In this document: positions 1-11,744 of the stretch, one piece after another
How the letters are laid out: each line of letters starts with the position of its first letter
Numbering within the stretch: the stretch's first letter is position 1
DNA from: Vitrella brassicaformis CCMP3155
Lineage: Eukaryota; Protista; Chromerida
NCBI GenBank assembly: GCA_001179505.1
Contig: CDMY01000189.1
Span: 1 to 64,000 of the forward strand
Direction: 5' to 3'
DNA length: 64,000 nt
Position numbers and translations under genes: made by a program
Notes under the pieces: model-generated
Told to the model about the DNA's origin: nothing
Database searches by the model: none
The model's input: the letters and a program-made list of their open reading frames with translations, nothing else

Positions 1-3000
1 GGGAGGTCATGGCCCGCCCCAAGGCGCCCAAGGCAAGAAGGCCCATGCCCCTCAGACGCTCCGTGACGCCATGCATGCGTCGGTTGGCCACAGGTGGGGG
101 CGACGGTGGCGTGTGTGGTGGGAGGGGCGGTGTGGGGGGCGGGGGAGTGAGGTCGGTCTCTGTGAAGGCGCCGGGGGGGCTGGCGAGTTTCTTGAGTCGT
201 GTGAGGTTGTGTTGGTCTGTGAAGTGCCGGGCGATGCGGCAGGCGGGGGGCGTGAGGGCCTCATCCAAGAAGGGCAGCCGACGCACATGCTCGGAGGCTG
301 GCAACCTGACACACACCACAGGAGACGGAACAAGACATTGGCACATCCATCCATCCCTCCGTCCACCCTACTGAGTGTGCTCACTGGTCGATGGCTGTTC
401 GCAGCAAGTCGATCAGGTGGTCGTATCGCGGCAGCTGCAGCCTGCCGTAGCCCAGCACCTCCTTGACAAACTCACACACACCACCTGACCACACAGAGAT
501 ACCAGTGAGTTGCTTGGGTCTGCTTGTGTCGCCTCCCTCCCTCCGATTGCCTACCAGGGAGGCCCTCGCAGAGCTGGTCTACGTTGGTGTATCTGTTGGC
601 GTCGGCCAGGGTGTTGAGGTCGGCCTGGGTCATGTTGCCTGGCGCAGGCAGGGTGAGGTTGTCCATCCACGGCAGCGACTCCTTCAGCAGACACAGCAGC
701 GAGTAGCAGAGCTCTTCCAGGTCATCCCTACAGGCAGGCAAGCAGCCCTTGGTTGAGCTCAGCGCGACAGAGTGCTCACGTACTTGAATGCCGGTGGCTC
801 GTAGGTGAGAGATGCTATGGAAGCGACATGGAGGCTCTGCATACCACACCCTCGCCGATTGCGGCGGGTGGTCTCGTCATCGTCGCCAGGTTTGGAGCGG
901 ACGGGGCGGCACTTCTTGAGGTCCACCAGATACACACGCTTGCCGTGGCCGTACTTGAGCATCATATTCTGACACGGAGGGAGGGAGGGAGGAGAGTTGC
1001 GCCGTGAGTGATGTGGTGCATTGGCTGTTGTCTTCGGGGAGGGGTGCGTACTCTAGGTTTGACGTGTTCGTGGACGAGTCCGTGTGAGTGGAGCTCCCGC
1101 AATGAACGGACCTGCACACACACACATGACAGAGAGAGGACGTGACAACCCGACACACAGCTCTCCAGTCTGTGTGTGTGTGTGTGTGCATACCGCCTCG
1201 ATGGACAGCTCGAGGATGAGTTTGGCGGGTCGCCAGTCGTCCATCTCTTGGCTCTCCGTCTGCCCCGCCGCCCACTGCCGGGCGTAGCGCATGACGCTCT
1301 CCAGGTCGCAGTCCAGCTGCTCGTTGATGTAGAAGTCGACAGGCGCACTGCCGAAGTCGCCATCCTTGACAGCCCCCTGCTGAACGAGCTGCGTCTCATA
1401 GTGCACTGGCTCGGGGCAGATCGGCAGCTTGGCAGACGCTGATAAGGGGAGATGGACGGCTTGGGCTCCTGCTGTGTGTCTGTGTGTGTCTTGGTCACCT
1501 TTGAGGTACTGGTACACGAAGTTCTGGCGTGCGAGGCTGCCGAGCGGATGGCACTCGAGGGCATCGAAGAAGGTCTTGGGGCCGTACTCTTGCGGCGGTG
1601 AGAGGGGCAGGGGAGGGCTGTCTGACGATGCCGCCGTGGGCGAGTCCCCACCCGACGATGCAGATGCAGACGCGCCCGCCGCTCCCCTCCCCCCACCCCC
1701 ACTGCTCCCGCCGCCGCCGCCGCCCTTCTTGGCGCTGCTGTCTTTGTCGGGACTGGTGTCCTTCTTCTTGGGCCAAAGTCCTAAGCCAAAGTCACGAACG
1801 GAGCAGGGGAGGACGCGTTGCTGCTGATCGAAACCAACAGAGAAGCCATTGTATGCGTGTGTGGGTGTGCGTGTGTGCTTTGTTTACCATCTGGCAGATG
1901 AGCTTCCGGGCGTCCTGCCCCTCCTCCCACGAAACAACTGGACACACACACAGCACACAGTACACAGAGGGACTGACCATGGCGCTGCTTTGCGGGTCAG
2001 GTAGCTGACTTACCGGTGGCCTGTGCGGTGAGAAAATGCACCGATATCATCGACTGCACCTCATACTCCTTGCGAGCACCGACACTAAGCGGCAGACGCA
2101 GCAACTTGAGCATGCGATTCGCCGCCAAGAACAGCACATACGAGTTCTGAACAGACAGACCACCGACAGACAGAGATCCTAACACACCCACCCCAGTCCT
2201 GTCATGTGTGTATGTGATGTGTGTTGCTGCAAGGGCTCGCTCACCCGCTCTTCCTGTACTCGGTCATCGACCTTGCCATCACCCTCCTGCTGCTTCTCCT
2301 TATCGCCACCCCCCACACCCTCACCGCCGCCCTGCTGATCGTCAGCACCACCCGCACCATCATCATCACCCACAGCCGCGCCCAGCGCCATGGCTGTCTG
2401 CTGCTGTGCGACACCACTCGCCTGGTCCTGGTGCTGCTGTAGGGAAGCAGCGAGGTCCGGGGACGACTTGGCGCGCCGCAGCAGAGGTGGTATGTCGCTG
2501 TCCTCGAGCGATGGGTGGCCGGCGAAGGAGCTGCTGCGCTTCATCTGGTGCTTCTTGGGAATAGCGGCGGCCTCTGGTCCCTCCCGGCTGCCCTGTGTGC
2601 TGTGTATGCGGCGGACGGCCTCCCTCACCAAAGCCACCAACACACGCTCCATCACGCTGCCGCTCTCCTCGACCTTGGCGGCCTCTCCATCGCGCTGCTT
2701 AGCACCAGCCGCCCGCTGCTGACCATCGCTGGCCTCCTCGGTGCTGTGTGTGGTGCGTATGCGGCGGACGGCCTCTCTCACGAGCACCTCTAACACACGC
2801 TCCACCACGCTGCGAGTCGCCTCTCCATCGAGCTGCTCGGCGTCTGCCGAATCCTGCTGTCCGCTGCTTGCCTTAGCTGAGCCGACAGATGGTCCTGTCG
2901 GCAGATCGCTTGTCGGCTGAGCCTTATCATCGACATGAGGGTCATTCTGAGGCAGAGAGAGTGGCGGGTTGGCCACTGGGGCGCCGCTGCTGCCTCGTGT

Positions 3001-3045
3001 GGCGCCGTTGAGAGGCTGTCTGCTCGGGCTGCTGTCGTCGGCCAT
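1..3045 (-). CDS. Multi-exon CK1-like (casein kinase 1 superfamily) pseudokinase with a long low-complexity N-terminus; 3' end lies beyond the window edge
   Basis: Splicing GT-AG exons gives ...LRELHSHGLVHEHVKPR|NMMLKYGHGKRVYLVDLKKC...SIASLTYEPPAFK|DDLEELCYSLLCLLKESLPWMDNL...LCEGLP|GGVCEFVKEVLGYGRLQLPRYDHLIDLL. This is collinear with CK1 HRDIKPDNFL..VYIIDFG..RRDDLESLGY..GSLPWQGL..LCKGYP..PDYSYLRQL. Frames stay open across the junctions checked. Confidence 0.75.
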
Positions 3046-3257
3046 CTGGTCGTCGGGCGATGAGTCAGTCGAGATGGTTATCGGGTAAGCGAGGAAGGAA
3101 GACCATCAGGACGACCTATGCGGCCCTGCAGACGATGAAAACCACACAAACGATGACAACTGCCTGACGAGAAATGTTTCACGCTTTGCCCCACGAGCTT
3201 GCCTTTGAAAACCCTGTGCATTTGAGGCCTTGCCACACTGTCAGGCGTATCCTGAAC

Positions 3258-4448
3258 ATGGCTGACCCCCCACCCCCGTCAGATGACCCGTCTTCGATGG
3301 TGACGACTGAGATGCTGCAGCAAGTCATCGATGGTAATCAGGACACACCACAAACCACGAGCCACACGGAAAGAGATTGTGTTGTGCTCTGCAGACCTTC
3401 GGCGGTCGATAGACAGCGAGAGGAGTACATTCAACAAGCGCATCGAGGAACTTGAAACGCAGCGGAATGACTACAGGAAGGAGAGGGACGACTTCAAGAG
3501 AGAGAGAGGGACGAGCACAGACGTGAACGAAACGAAGCGCTGGAGCGGGCACGTCGAGCGGAGGACGAGCTGAGAGAGCTGAGATCAAGGATTGCTGCCG
3601 AGCAGGATGCCGACAGCCGTCTGGCGCGGACAATCATGTACGAGGAGGGTCAATATCACGGCTCAATCCGCAAGGTGGGCGGCAAGGAAGTGCCCCACGG
3701 CACAGGGGTGCTGCCGTCAATGGATGGCACGACGAAGCTGTATGAAGGGGAGTGGAGGGATGGCGAACGGCACGGCACAGGCAAGGAGTTCGACGGCAGC
3801 ATTGTCTGTGACGGCCAATGGAACAACAATCAACGGCACGGTCAAGGACAGGAGTTCACCCAGCAGATATGCGTATACACGGGCAGCTGGTTGAACGGCA
3901 AGCGGCACGGCCGTGGGAAAGAAGTCGACAGCCGCCGCCAGCTAGTGTACGAGGGCGACTGGGCGAATGGGGAGAAGACATATAGAGGAGAGGGAAAAGT
4001 GCGTTGCATGGAGCTGAAAGGAGATAGGGGAAAGCCGCTAGGCTCCTATTCCGGCGAGGTACTCGATGGCAAACCACATGGAGAAGGCGAGCTTCTAGAG
4101 AGCAAGGAAGACATGTATGGGAGCCGACGAGTCATCTATAACGGGAGATGGAAACACGGCAAATGGCACGGTGATGGGCGCGCTTCTTTCGAGTATAGTG
4201 ATCGTGGTCCCGTGGTGTGGTTCAAGGGTGAATGGCGAGAGGGGAAGATTCACAGCGGCACCCTCTTTCCTGACGGATGCTTTACAGAAAAGAGACATAA
4301 TGACGGTCAGTACTATTGTACGCGCATCACCCCTATACCATGGCAGGAGGGAGACAAAATACCTGATGTCAACGTGAGTGGTTATGGCTCGTTGCGACGA
4401 GCTATGCGAGAGTATCTCTTAGACTATCTCCCTGATGGTGCACTGTAG
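3258..4448 (+). CDS. Coiled-coil plus MORN-repeat protein, with a 2-nt frameshift in an (AG)6 run at about 3497-3508
   Basis: ATG 3258, intron 3334-3394, charged coiled coil (RIEELETQRNDYRKERDDFKR...EALERARRAEDELRELR), then repeated YEGEWRDGERHGTG / YTGSWLNGKRHGRG / YNGRWKHGKWHGDG MORN motifs to the stop at 4448. Confidence 0.8.
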
Positions 4449-4789
4449 TAGCTAGGCAGAAGATGTAAAGGATGAACGGGACGGAGAATGGGGAGTTGGG
4501 TGTGCAAAAGTGTGTCCAAGTATTTGAGACGTTGAGCGGTGTGTAACGAACTCTGTCCTATCGCACGGCAAAACACGTACCCTTGATCATCTGCAGGTTT
4601 GATAAATTCTATTCAACGGCAGACATGCAGGCCGTCGATATGCGATATCAAGACGTCCATCACGTACGACCTACTCACTGCAGACCCACCCATCCATCCA
4701 GCAACACACACACAGTGTCACAATCGGCTTATTGAAAAAGAACACTGAGCTCGTCCCTCTCGCCGTCAGGTACAGCAGCATTCAGTCAG

Positions 4790-5760
4790 CTAGTCATGCT
4801 TGCGTGAGAGGAGTCCCTTTGTCTCCTCTGCCGGCTTGGTGTCCTCCCCTCTCTCGGCCGCCAGATGCTGCGCGTCATGCCGCTTTCTCACCGCGGCACG
4901 TTGGTCGGTCGCACACCTGGCTGACAGAGAGAGAGCAACAAGCAAACGAGCGCCAGCACCATCGCAGTGAGTTGGGTGAGTGAGAATGCGCAAGTTTGCA
5001 TGCTCACCATCAGGTGGGGTGGCGCCAGCTGTTGGTGTCGCCAATGGTGACCCGATCAACGTCGAGGGCTCTGTGTGTAAGCAAGGCGGTGACATGTGTG
5101 TGTGTGAGGTAAGGTGACCACCGCTTATACGTACCTTTTCCGTAGACGGTGAGCGGCCTCACGAAGGTGCGCCCAACAGAGCCGAACGCCTCGTCAAGCG
5201 TCAGGTCCTCAGTAGCGCCCCAACACACAGCCTCGTAGCCCTCAAACACGACGTACTCCGGGCGGCTCGGGTTCAAGTTGTCGTGACTGAGCAGCGGCCA
5301 CAGTCGGCGCTGCAGGGCGCGCACAGTGGCACCCTCAAATTCCACTGGGATCTCCGGATTGTTCTTGGGCGCTACCCAACGCCGCCTGCCCGAGAGTATC
5401 TTTCCTGTTTCAGCAGGCAGGGAGAGAGAGCGAGAGAGAGAGAGGAAGGGACTGATTCGCTTCGGCTGTGGCGCACTGCCACTCTCTCTCACCTTCACGA
5501 ATTTGCCTCTCTCTAAACTCCTTGTCGGCCAACTCCAACTCGTCAGGGTAAACCGTCGTCCCGGGTCGGGGCGAAGAGATCACCTCCCCCATCTCTCCGC
5601 CTCGCTTTGTCTTCACCCTCCCGCCTTTGCTCGCCTGGAGAGAGCGGTTGGCTGGCCTGAAGGTTTTGCGAGCTTCCATTTCAAACCCTGAACCCGACAA
5701 ACCAAACCGGAGGGTTGGAGTGCTGAAACTGTGTGCTGTCGCCCGTATCAGTGTAGCCAT
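4790..5760 (-). CDS. Hypothetical protein, about 4 exons
   Basis: MATLIRATAHSF...RQIREG|KILSGRRRWVAPKNNPEIPVEFEGATVRALQRRLWPLL...VYGK|EPSTLIGS...PPD|ARCATDQR...RKHD*. GT-AG junctions keep the frame. No family recognised. Confidence 0.55.
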
Positions 5761-5894
5761 CTCTGGTCTGTGAGCCGACCTTACAATGTCATGCACAACA
5801 CGACAACAGCAGACGCACGCACACCCCACGGTGTCTGCTGTCGTTTGTTTGTGTGTTTGTATGTCTGCCGCCATTTTTCAGATCTGTCTGAGAT

Positions 5895-6372
5895 ATGGTG
5901 TTACGGCTACACCAACACCACTTCAGCTCACCGGCAGCCAGCCTCCCTCACTCCTCAACCCCCTCAGCAGCACCGTCCCACCTGGGGCTGCTGGCGAGTC
6001 ACGGCAGCCGTGTTGTCAGTCTCGTGACGCCCAAGGAGGTGGGCGGGTATGGCCGGTCTGCCGGTGTGGCGCCTTTATTGTCGGTACTTCGGGGGTGACC
6101 TCAACACACACCTCAACGTACATAGCGTGCTGGGTGAGTGGATGGGATGGAAGGAGGGAGGGAGAGAGGGTGGGGAAGGGCCAGTGACTGGGCGGCCGAA
6201 AATTGGTGTGGTGTGGTGTCGTGTCGTGTCGTGTGGTGTGGTGCGGTGCGTTGTGCAGATTTGGCACTGAGACGTTCGTTCAGCAGCAGCCAGAGGGCCG
6301 AGTTTGTGTCTGCCGATGAGGCCAAAGTCAGGTACGTCGAGGCCCTCAACAAGATGTACCCTTCCTGGAATG
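5895..6372 (+). CDS. Possible divergent acyl-CoA-binding (ACBP)-like protein; 5' and 3' ends uncertain
   Basis: A clear gtgagt...gtgcag intron (about 6136-6258) joins WRLYCRYFGGDLNTHLNVHSVL to DLALRRSF...SADEAKVRYVEALNKMYPSW. This loosely resembles ACBP LYGLYKQAT.GD.N...MSKEEAM.EYI.LV..L.P.W. Confidence 0.3.
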
Positions 6373-6589
6373 GTAGGAAGAGGCCAACAAACTCGGACTC
6401 ACCGCATAGACAGACAGACAATGAGCCGATCGGCCGACCACACACAAACACACTGCTGCTGCTGCTGCTGGTGAGATGGTGCTGTTGTGTTTTGCACTGA
6501 GAGGCGGTTCAGTCCGTTGTGTTCTGTCTTTCTATGACGAAGGGGTTCGTGTGGCGGTGTCTTTCTCGAAGAGACTCACCTGTTGCCAG

Positions 6590-9500
6590 CTCCACTTTCT
6601 GGCCTCTCTTCCCTCTGCCAGCAGCTCTTGATGTCCTGTGTGTTTCGAGTTTAGTCGAGAACACGCAGAGCGTCTGGGGCGGGCGGTGCAGTGGGCAGAG
6701 AGGCGGAAACAGCGGGGCGGTCTGTATCGATAACAGAGAGGCTATCACTGGCTGGTGTCTGCCTGCTGACCTTGTCTGATCGGTTCGCCACCATCGTCGC
6801 ATCAGACGTCAGATGGACCATCCCATTTGGCTCTCTGATGCGACGAAGGAGGACAACCCTCGGGGAAGATCGGTGGGCAGATGAGAGGCTCTGGGTGCAT
6901 CGTATGTGTGTGAGGCGATGTCCCAAACAGGGGCAGGGATGGATGGATGGATGAGTGGATGGATGGATGAGTGGCCACAAGAGGCCTTGCTGTTGCGTGC
7001 CGCTGGCGTGGGGGGTCATCGCGTGTTTCCAGACAGGCATGGCGTACTGATCTTAGTCTTGTGAGTGCCGTCTTCGTTTGTGTATGCCACTCAGTTGTTG
7101 GCCTTCACTGTGTGAGATTCAAGTGAGCATCATCGTGAGTGCGTTGCTGTGTGCAGAGGGAAGGGTTCATGTGCGTTGTGACACATGCATGGTAATGAAG
7201 TGTCTGTCAATGACAAGACTCAAATGCGCAGAGAAAGGTAGAAAGTTCTCCACCTCTCTTCCCCGAGCTGGCCGGGCGGGTCTGTCTATACGTCGTCTGT
7301 CGTCGCTTTGGAGACACGGACGTCCGAATATAAAATGTAAGCAGCCATCTACAGACGGGATGCCAAGAATGCTGATCAAGCGCACCTGAACATAGGCGCC
7401 ATCCGGCAGTATGATGCACCTCGTCTCTCTCTCACTCCTCTCAGCCTCCGTCCTGCCCCCACCAGTCCAACCAAAGAAGACATACCAACGAAAGAAGTCG
7501 TGTCTCGATATATTCGTGTGTGTGTGTGTGTGTGTGCTGTCTTGCTCGTCTCTGCCCACCTGGTGATTGTTGCAATACTGTGACGTACCAACGGCCATTC
7601 ATTCCCCTCTGACTGAGCGAGCCATTCAGACTGTGACGTGACGTCCCACCACGGCGTTCATGCGGCCTCCAGATCGGCAGCAAGCTGTTGATTGGCTTTG
7701 ATGAGCTCCTTCTCTCGTGCCTGGAAGAAGTCAGGGGAGCCACCCAAACGACACGCCATACGAGACACGAATGCATTCGCTGATTCTGTGACGATAAGTG
7801 TGCATTGGATAGAGCGCACGTACTCGCTTGTCGGCCTAGAGCCACCGGATGGTCTCGGCGTCCTGCTCAGTCTTGAGCCTCGAGGTGCGACACTCGATTG
7901 GCTGTGGTCTCGGGGTCCTGCTGGTCGATCATGTCAGAGTCGTCATCTGGCTCGTCATCAGGGTTTTTCGGTGGTCCTTTTGCCGTCTTCAAGCTGGTTG
8001 GTCAGGCTCCACCCCTTGTGCTGCACTTGACCTCAATGACGACACTTCCGCCTCCAAGTCTGTTCTGGCCGAATGGGCCGCCGCCGGTTGTTCGTCTACA
8101 GTCTACAAGCAGCAACAACAGACAAAGGGATGGCGAGTGGCTCTGGCCGCTGGACTAGTGATTGGTAATACCTTCTTGTCTGCCCTTAGTGCCTCGAATT
8201 CCCTCTCCCTCTCAGCCGCGGCTTCCTGCGCACTCGCCAGAATGCCCCCATCCATCCATCCATCCCCCCACTCACCCCGTCCAACAAAGAAGGTCCTGAC
8301 TTCCACATGGATCGATCCACAGCGACACCACAGCTACTAATACCTACGCACATACTCGCTTACAGGCCGGCAGTGGTGTGCACTCCCCCGTGTCTGCTCG
8401 TGTCTGCCCACCAAATGATTGTTGCAATACAGTGACGTACCAATGGCCATTCCTTCCCCTCTGACTGAGCGAGCCATTCAGACTGTGACGTGGCGAACTG
8501 CTTGGGCTTCTTGCCGCTCTGCAAAGCAAATGAATGACACACGGGAGCCCATCTGTGTGTGTGAGTGTCTGAGTGTGCACATCGACCTACCTTGGCGGCG
8601 GCCTTGCGAGCATTGCGTCGCTGTCTCGACTTCCGGTTGCGGATGGTCTTGGAACTCACGAACTGCACACAGAGACAGACAGACAGACAGACAGACGCAT
8701 GCACACGCATGGAAGTGTTCACAGACGGTCTGCCTATGTGTGCGCGTGTGGGTGCTGTGTGTCGATCGATAGATACCTTGTCCACGTCGCTCTCGTCCGT
8801 CTGGTCGTAGGTGCGACCGTCGCCAGTGTCATCCGATATCTGACGAGGACACACCCACACTTATTCGCTTCTCTTTCTGCTTGTGCGTGCGATTGTCTGT
8901 AGGTGTGTGCCCACCACTGTCGAGTCGGTCTTGAGGTAGTCGGTCTTGAGGTAGACGGGCTTGACGGGCTGCAACCAACAGATGAGCGCAAAGGGTACAC
9001 ACACAGATGGAGGGCAAGACAACGATGCATGGGTTTCTGCGTGTGGCCCTGACTACCTCTCGAGTAGCCGCCAACTCCTGTTCATCCTGAGACCGAAAGA
9101 GGGACCAGTCGAAAGGTCAGCAGCGAGAGTCTGGGACCCTCGTGTGCTCACTCACCAGGCTCATGTTGAAGTGTTTGAACTTGATGTTCTCGTAGACGTT
9201 GATGGCCGCAAAGCCCAAGTCCAACGAAAACTGAATGAACACATACACACGCCAGGCTCTGTGCGGGTTGTGTCCACTGTGTACGCATCAACACGCACTT
9301 CTGGCTCCTCGATGACAGGTATCTCAGGCCTCACTGGACCAACCTGAATGGCAGACACGACAATGAATTCATTCACCCCTGCATGCATGGCGCACTCATC
9401 TGTGTACCTGTGACGCGAGGCCCTTCTTGTCCTTCTTCTTGGCGGCACTCTTCATGTTCTTCTTTTGCGTCTTCGACATCCTGAGGCAGATCGGGGAGGC

Positions 9501-9700
9501 AGGAAGGCAGGCAGAGAAATGTAGGTCTTGAGCTTGAGGGGCTTGAGGACGGGCTGCAACCAACAGATGACCGCACAGGATATACACACACAGACGGACG
9601 ATGCAGCATTGCATGACTTTCTGTGCGTGGCCCCCCTATCTATGTACCTCGCAGACGATGGCCAGCTCACGCTCAACCTGAGACCAAAACAGAGCGGAAG
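6590..9700 (-). pseudogene. Mosaic multi-micro-exon gene or pseudogene with internal duplications
   Basis: Many short AG/GT-bounded exons (VERELAIVCE, PVLKPLKLKT, DEQELAATRE, PVKPVYLKTD, FVSSKTIRNRKSRQRRNARKAAAK, SGKKPKQFATSQSEWLAQSEGKEWPL). Duplications at 7551-7640/8403-8492 and about 8953-9130/9548-9720. In-frame stops occur near 7.85-8.0 kb. Confidence 0.4.
7721..7963 (-). repeat. Dispersed exon plus 103-bp intron cassette (copy 1)
   Basis: Intron 7721-7823 (gtacgt...ccaatgcacacttatcgtcacagaatcagcgaatgcattcgtgtctcgtatggcgtgtcgtttgggtggct...cag) is nearly identical to 56369-56471 and 56741-56843. The upstream exon resembles 56578-56740. Confidence 0.85.
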
Positions 9701-9980
9701 CAACCCAAAGGTCACCAGCGTGAGTGAGGGTCTGCAGCCACGCTTGGACGAAGGGGGAGAGGCCCATGATATAAGATGTAGACAGCGATCCATCTGCACA
9801 CAGAGACCCAATACACGTACACGCGAGTTGATCAGTCTACTTCGACAGCTGACCTTCGACGCGCGGACGGCTGGACAAGGCAGTGCGGTTGAGGGGGAGT
9901 TGTCACAAAAAGTCCGTCAAATATAAAATGTAGCCAGCGATCTGCACACCAGCAACACACGTGTACGTCTGTGGCGTCAC

Positions 9981-10206
9981 CTTTGCTCTTGCGCGGGCCG
10001 AGAATACAATTCTCGTCGGCCTTCTGCCTTTGACGTTGAGCCCCCACGCAGCGCTGCCCATCTTGCACACGATCTGCACACATAGATGGAGGCACACAGA
10101 ACAGACAGGCAAATGGACGGATGAGTGTGTGTTGGGTGTCTGTATGCAAGCAGACCTGCTGGACGACTTTGCTGACGGCTGTGCTGCACTTGGTGCTGGC
10201 CGTCAA
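9981..10206 (-). pseudogene. PIWI/Argonaute-like two-exon fragment
   Basis: Spliced LTASTKCSTAVSKVVQQ|IVCKMGSAAWGLNV resembles the Piwi-clade motif (A/V)ATKIALQ(M/I)NCKMGG..W. No other PIWI exons recognised nearby. Confidence 0.4.
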
Positions 10207-10295
10207 CGTCGACGGGAGACATCAGCACACAAAGGGAGACATCAGACAAGAGACGGGGCCGTGTGCCTGAATGGATGCGCCCACCAATGCAAAAT

Positions 10296-11658
10296 GGCCT
10301 GCTCGAAGGCCGTCTCTAGATCGTCCTTGTGGTAGGTGTCGGGCCCTTTGTCGATCCTGAATGGACGAGAAGTCACAGCGAGGGAGACATTGTCCATTTG
10401 TGTCTCTGCATTCCCCTCCCTCCCTCCCTTACTCGTCGACTATCATTTCGATGGTATCCCTGAAGAACTCATAGATCTTCGGGAGCGTCGGCCCATAAGG
10501 CGTCATGTCGCCCAGCCCCAGCAGGTGCTCCAGCAGCTCCTTGACCTCGGCAGCGGTCGACTCTGCATCCATGAATGCATCAATCAACACAAATGTGGCA
10601 GCACTGCAGAAGTGTCGCTCACCACCCACCGGGCAGCATTCCACAGATGTCATCTATACACTTGTTGTCCGCCTTGTCGCGGGCCTTGAGGTATCTGCCG
10701 GCCGCCGCCACCACGGTGGGGTGGTCCTTGCCGCCCGGCCGTTTCTCCGCTATGGCCTGGGCCGTCGCCTCGCTCAGCGCCCTTGAGGCGGCGCGGAACT
10801 CGTCGCCCTCGAAGGCCTTGGTCGTCACCATGGCCAGGCAGGTCCGCACACCAGCACACAGGTCCCCTCTGAGAGGACATCGCGAAGACAGGCGATGAGA
10901 TGGATATCTTGGCTCCTTTATTCGCTTACCCCCCGGTCCACATGAGGCCTTTGAACGCGTTGGTCCCTCGCATCGACCAGTTGCGGCCGACGAAGATTGG
11001 CTCCATCTGCCACGGCTGGATGTCCATTGCCCTCGACGCATCGATGAGCTTGGGCATGAAGGGCGCCGTCAAGCTAAACATAATGTTACCCTTGCTCAGG
11101 TCCTGGTGGGCCTTGCCCGCGGCATGGAACTGCTGCAGGGCACAAACCTGCACGCATGCTCATACAAACATCTCGTAAGATGGAGTTTTCCCATTGGGTT
11201 CATCCTTTCTCTGATGCATCCATTCGTACCACGCCATCGCACGTCTACAGGGCGGCCTTGATGGGCATGGGCCGGTTCATCTTGGCCTCGTACTCCCTCG
11301 TGAGGTCGGAGGCGTCGCATTGGAGTTTCTCCATGACGAGAATGGTCTTAACGCTCCCGCCCCCGACCTCACACTTGGCGCACATGATAATCCGGGCACA
11401 CGCGGCTCCTCGCTCTTCGTTCTGGCGGCCTCGTTCACCGCGGACAGCACCTCCCGCTCCCTGGTGATGTACTCATCATTCCGGTGGGCTGACTTGGCCG
11501 CATACTGGCCGCCGTGGCAATCACTCACCACCACACAGGCGCCATCGTGCGCCCTTCTTGAGCGTCCTCTTCAGCGCGAGAGCCATGGGCTCCTCTCCGC
11601 TGGATAGATGAAACTTGCCGCCCACTTCAGGGTAGTTGACGGCGGTGGGCGTCGTCAT
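10296..11658 (-). pseudogene. Atypical CK1-related kinase, copy A (disabled)
   Basis: Same exon layout as the 12060-13968 gene (HQDLSKGNIMF, KLIDAS, RGDLCAG, DICGMLPG, GPDTYHKDDLETAFE). It carries a +1 frameshift at about 11550 (GGC GCA C GAT GGC), a second frameshift at about 11385, and TAG at about 11246 where the paralogue has CAG. Confidence 0.85.
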
Positions 11659-11744
11659 GAACACACACAAGTGGGGAAGGGGAGGGGAATGGGAAAGCAG
11701 AGAGCAAAAGTTGTTTTTTCTGCCTCGGGGCAGGAAAATGCAGG

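Noticed and set aside
7551-9720. CRISPR-like or regularly spaced repeat array
   Set aside because: Only pairwise, irregularly spaced duplications of eukaryotic exons and introns; no constant repeat-spacer period and no cas genes.
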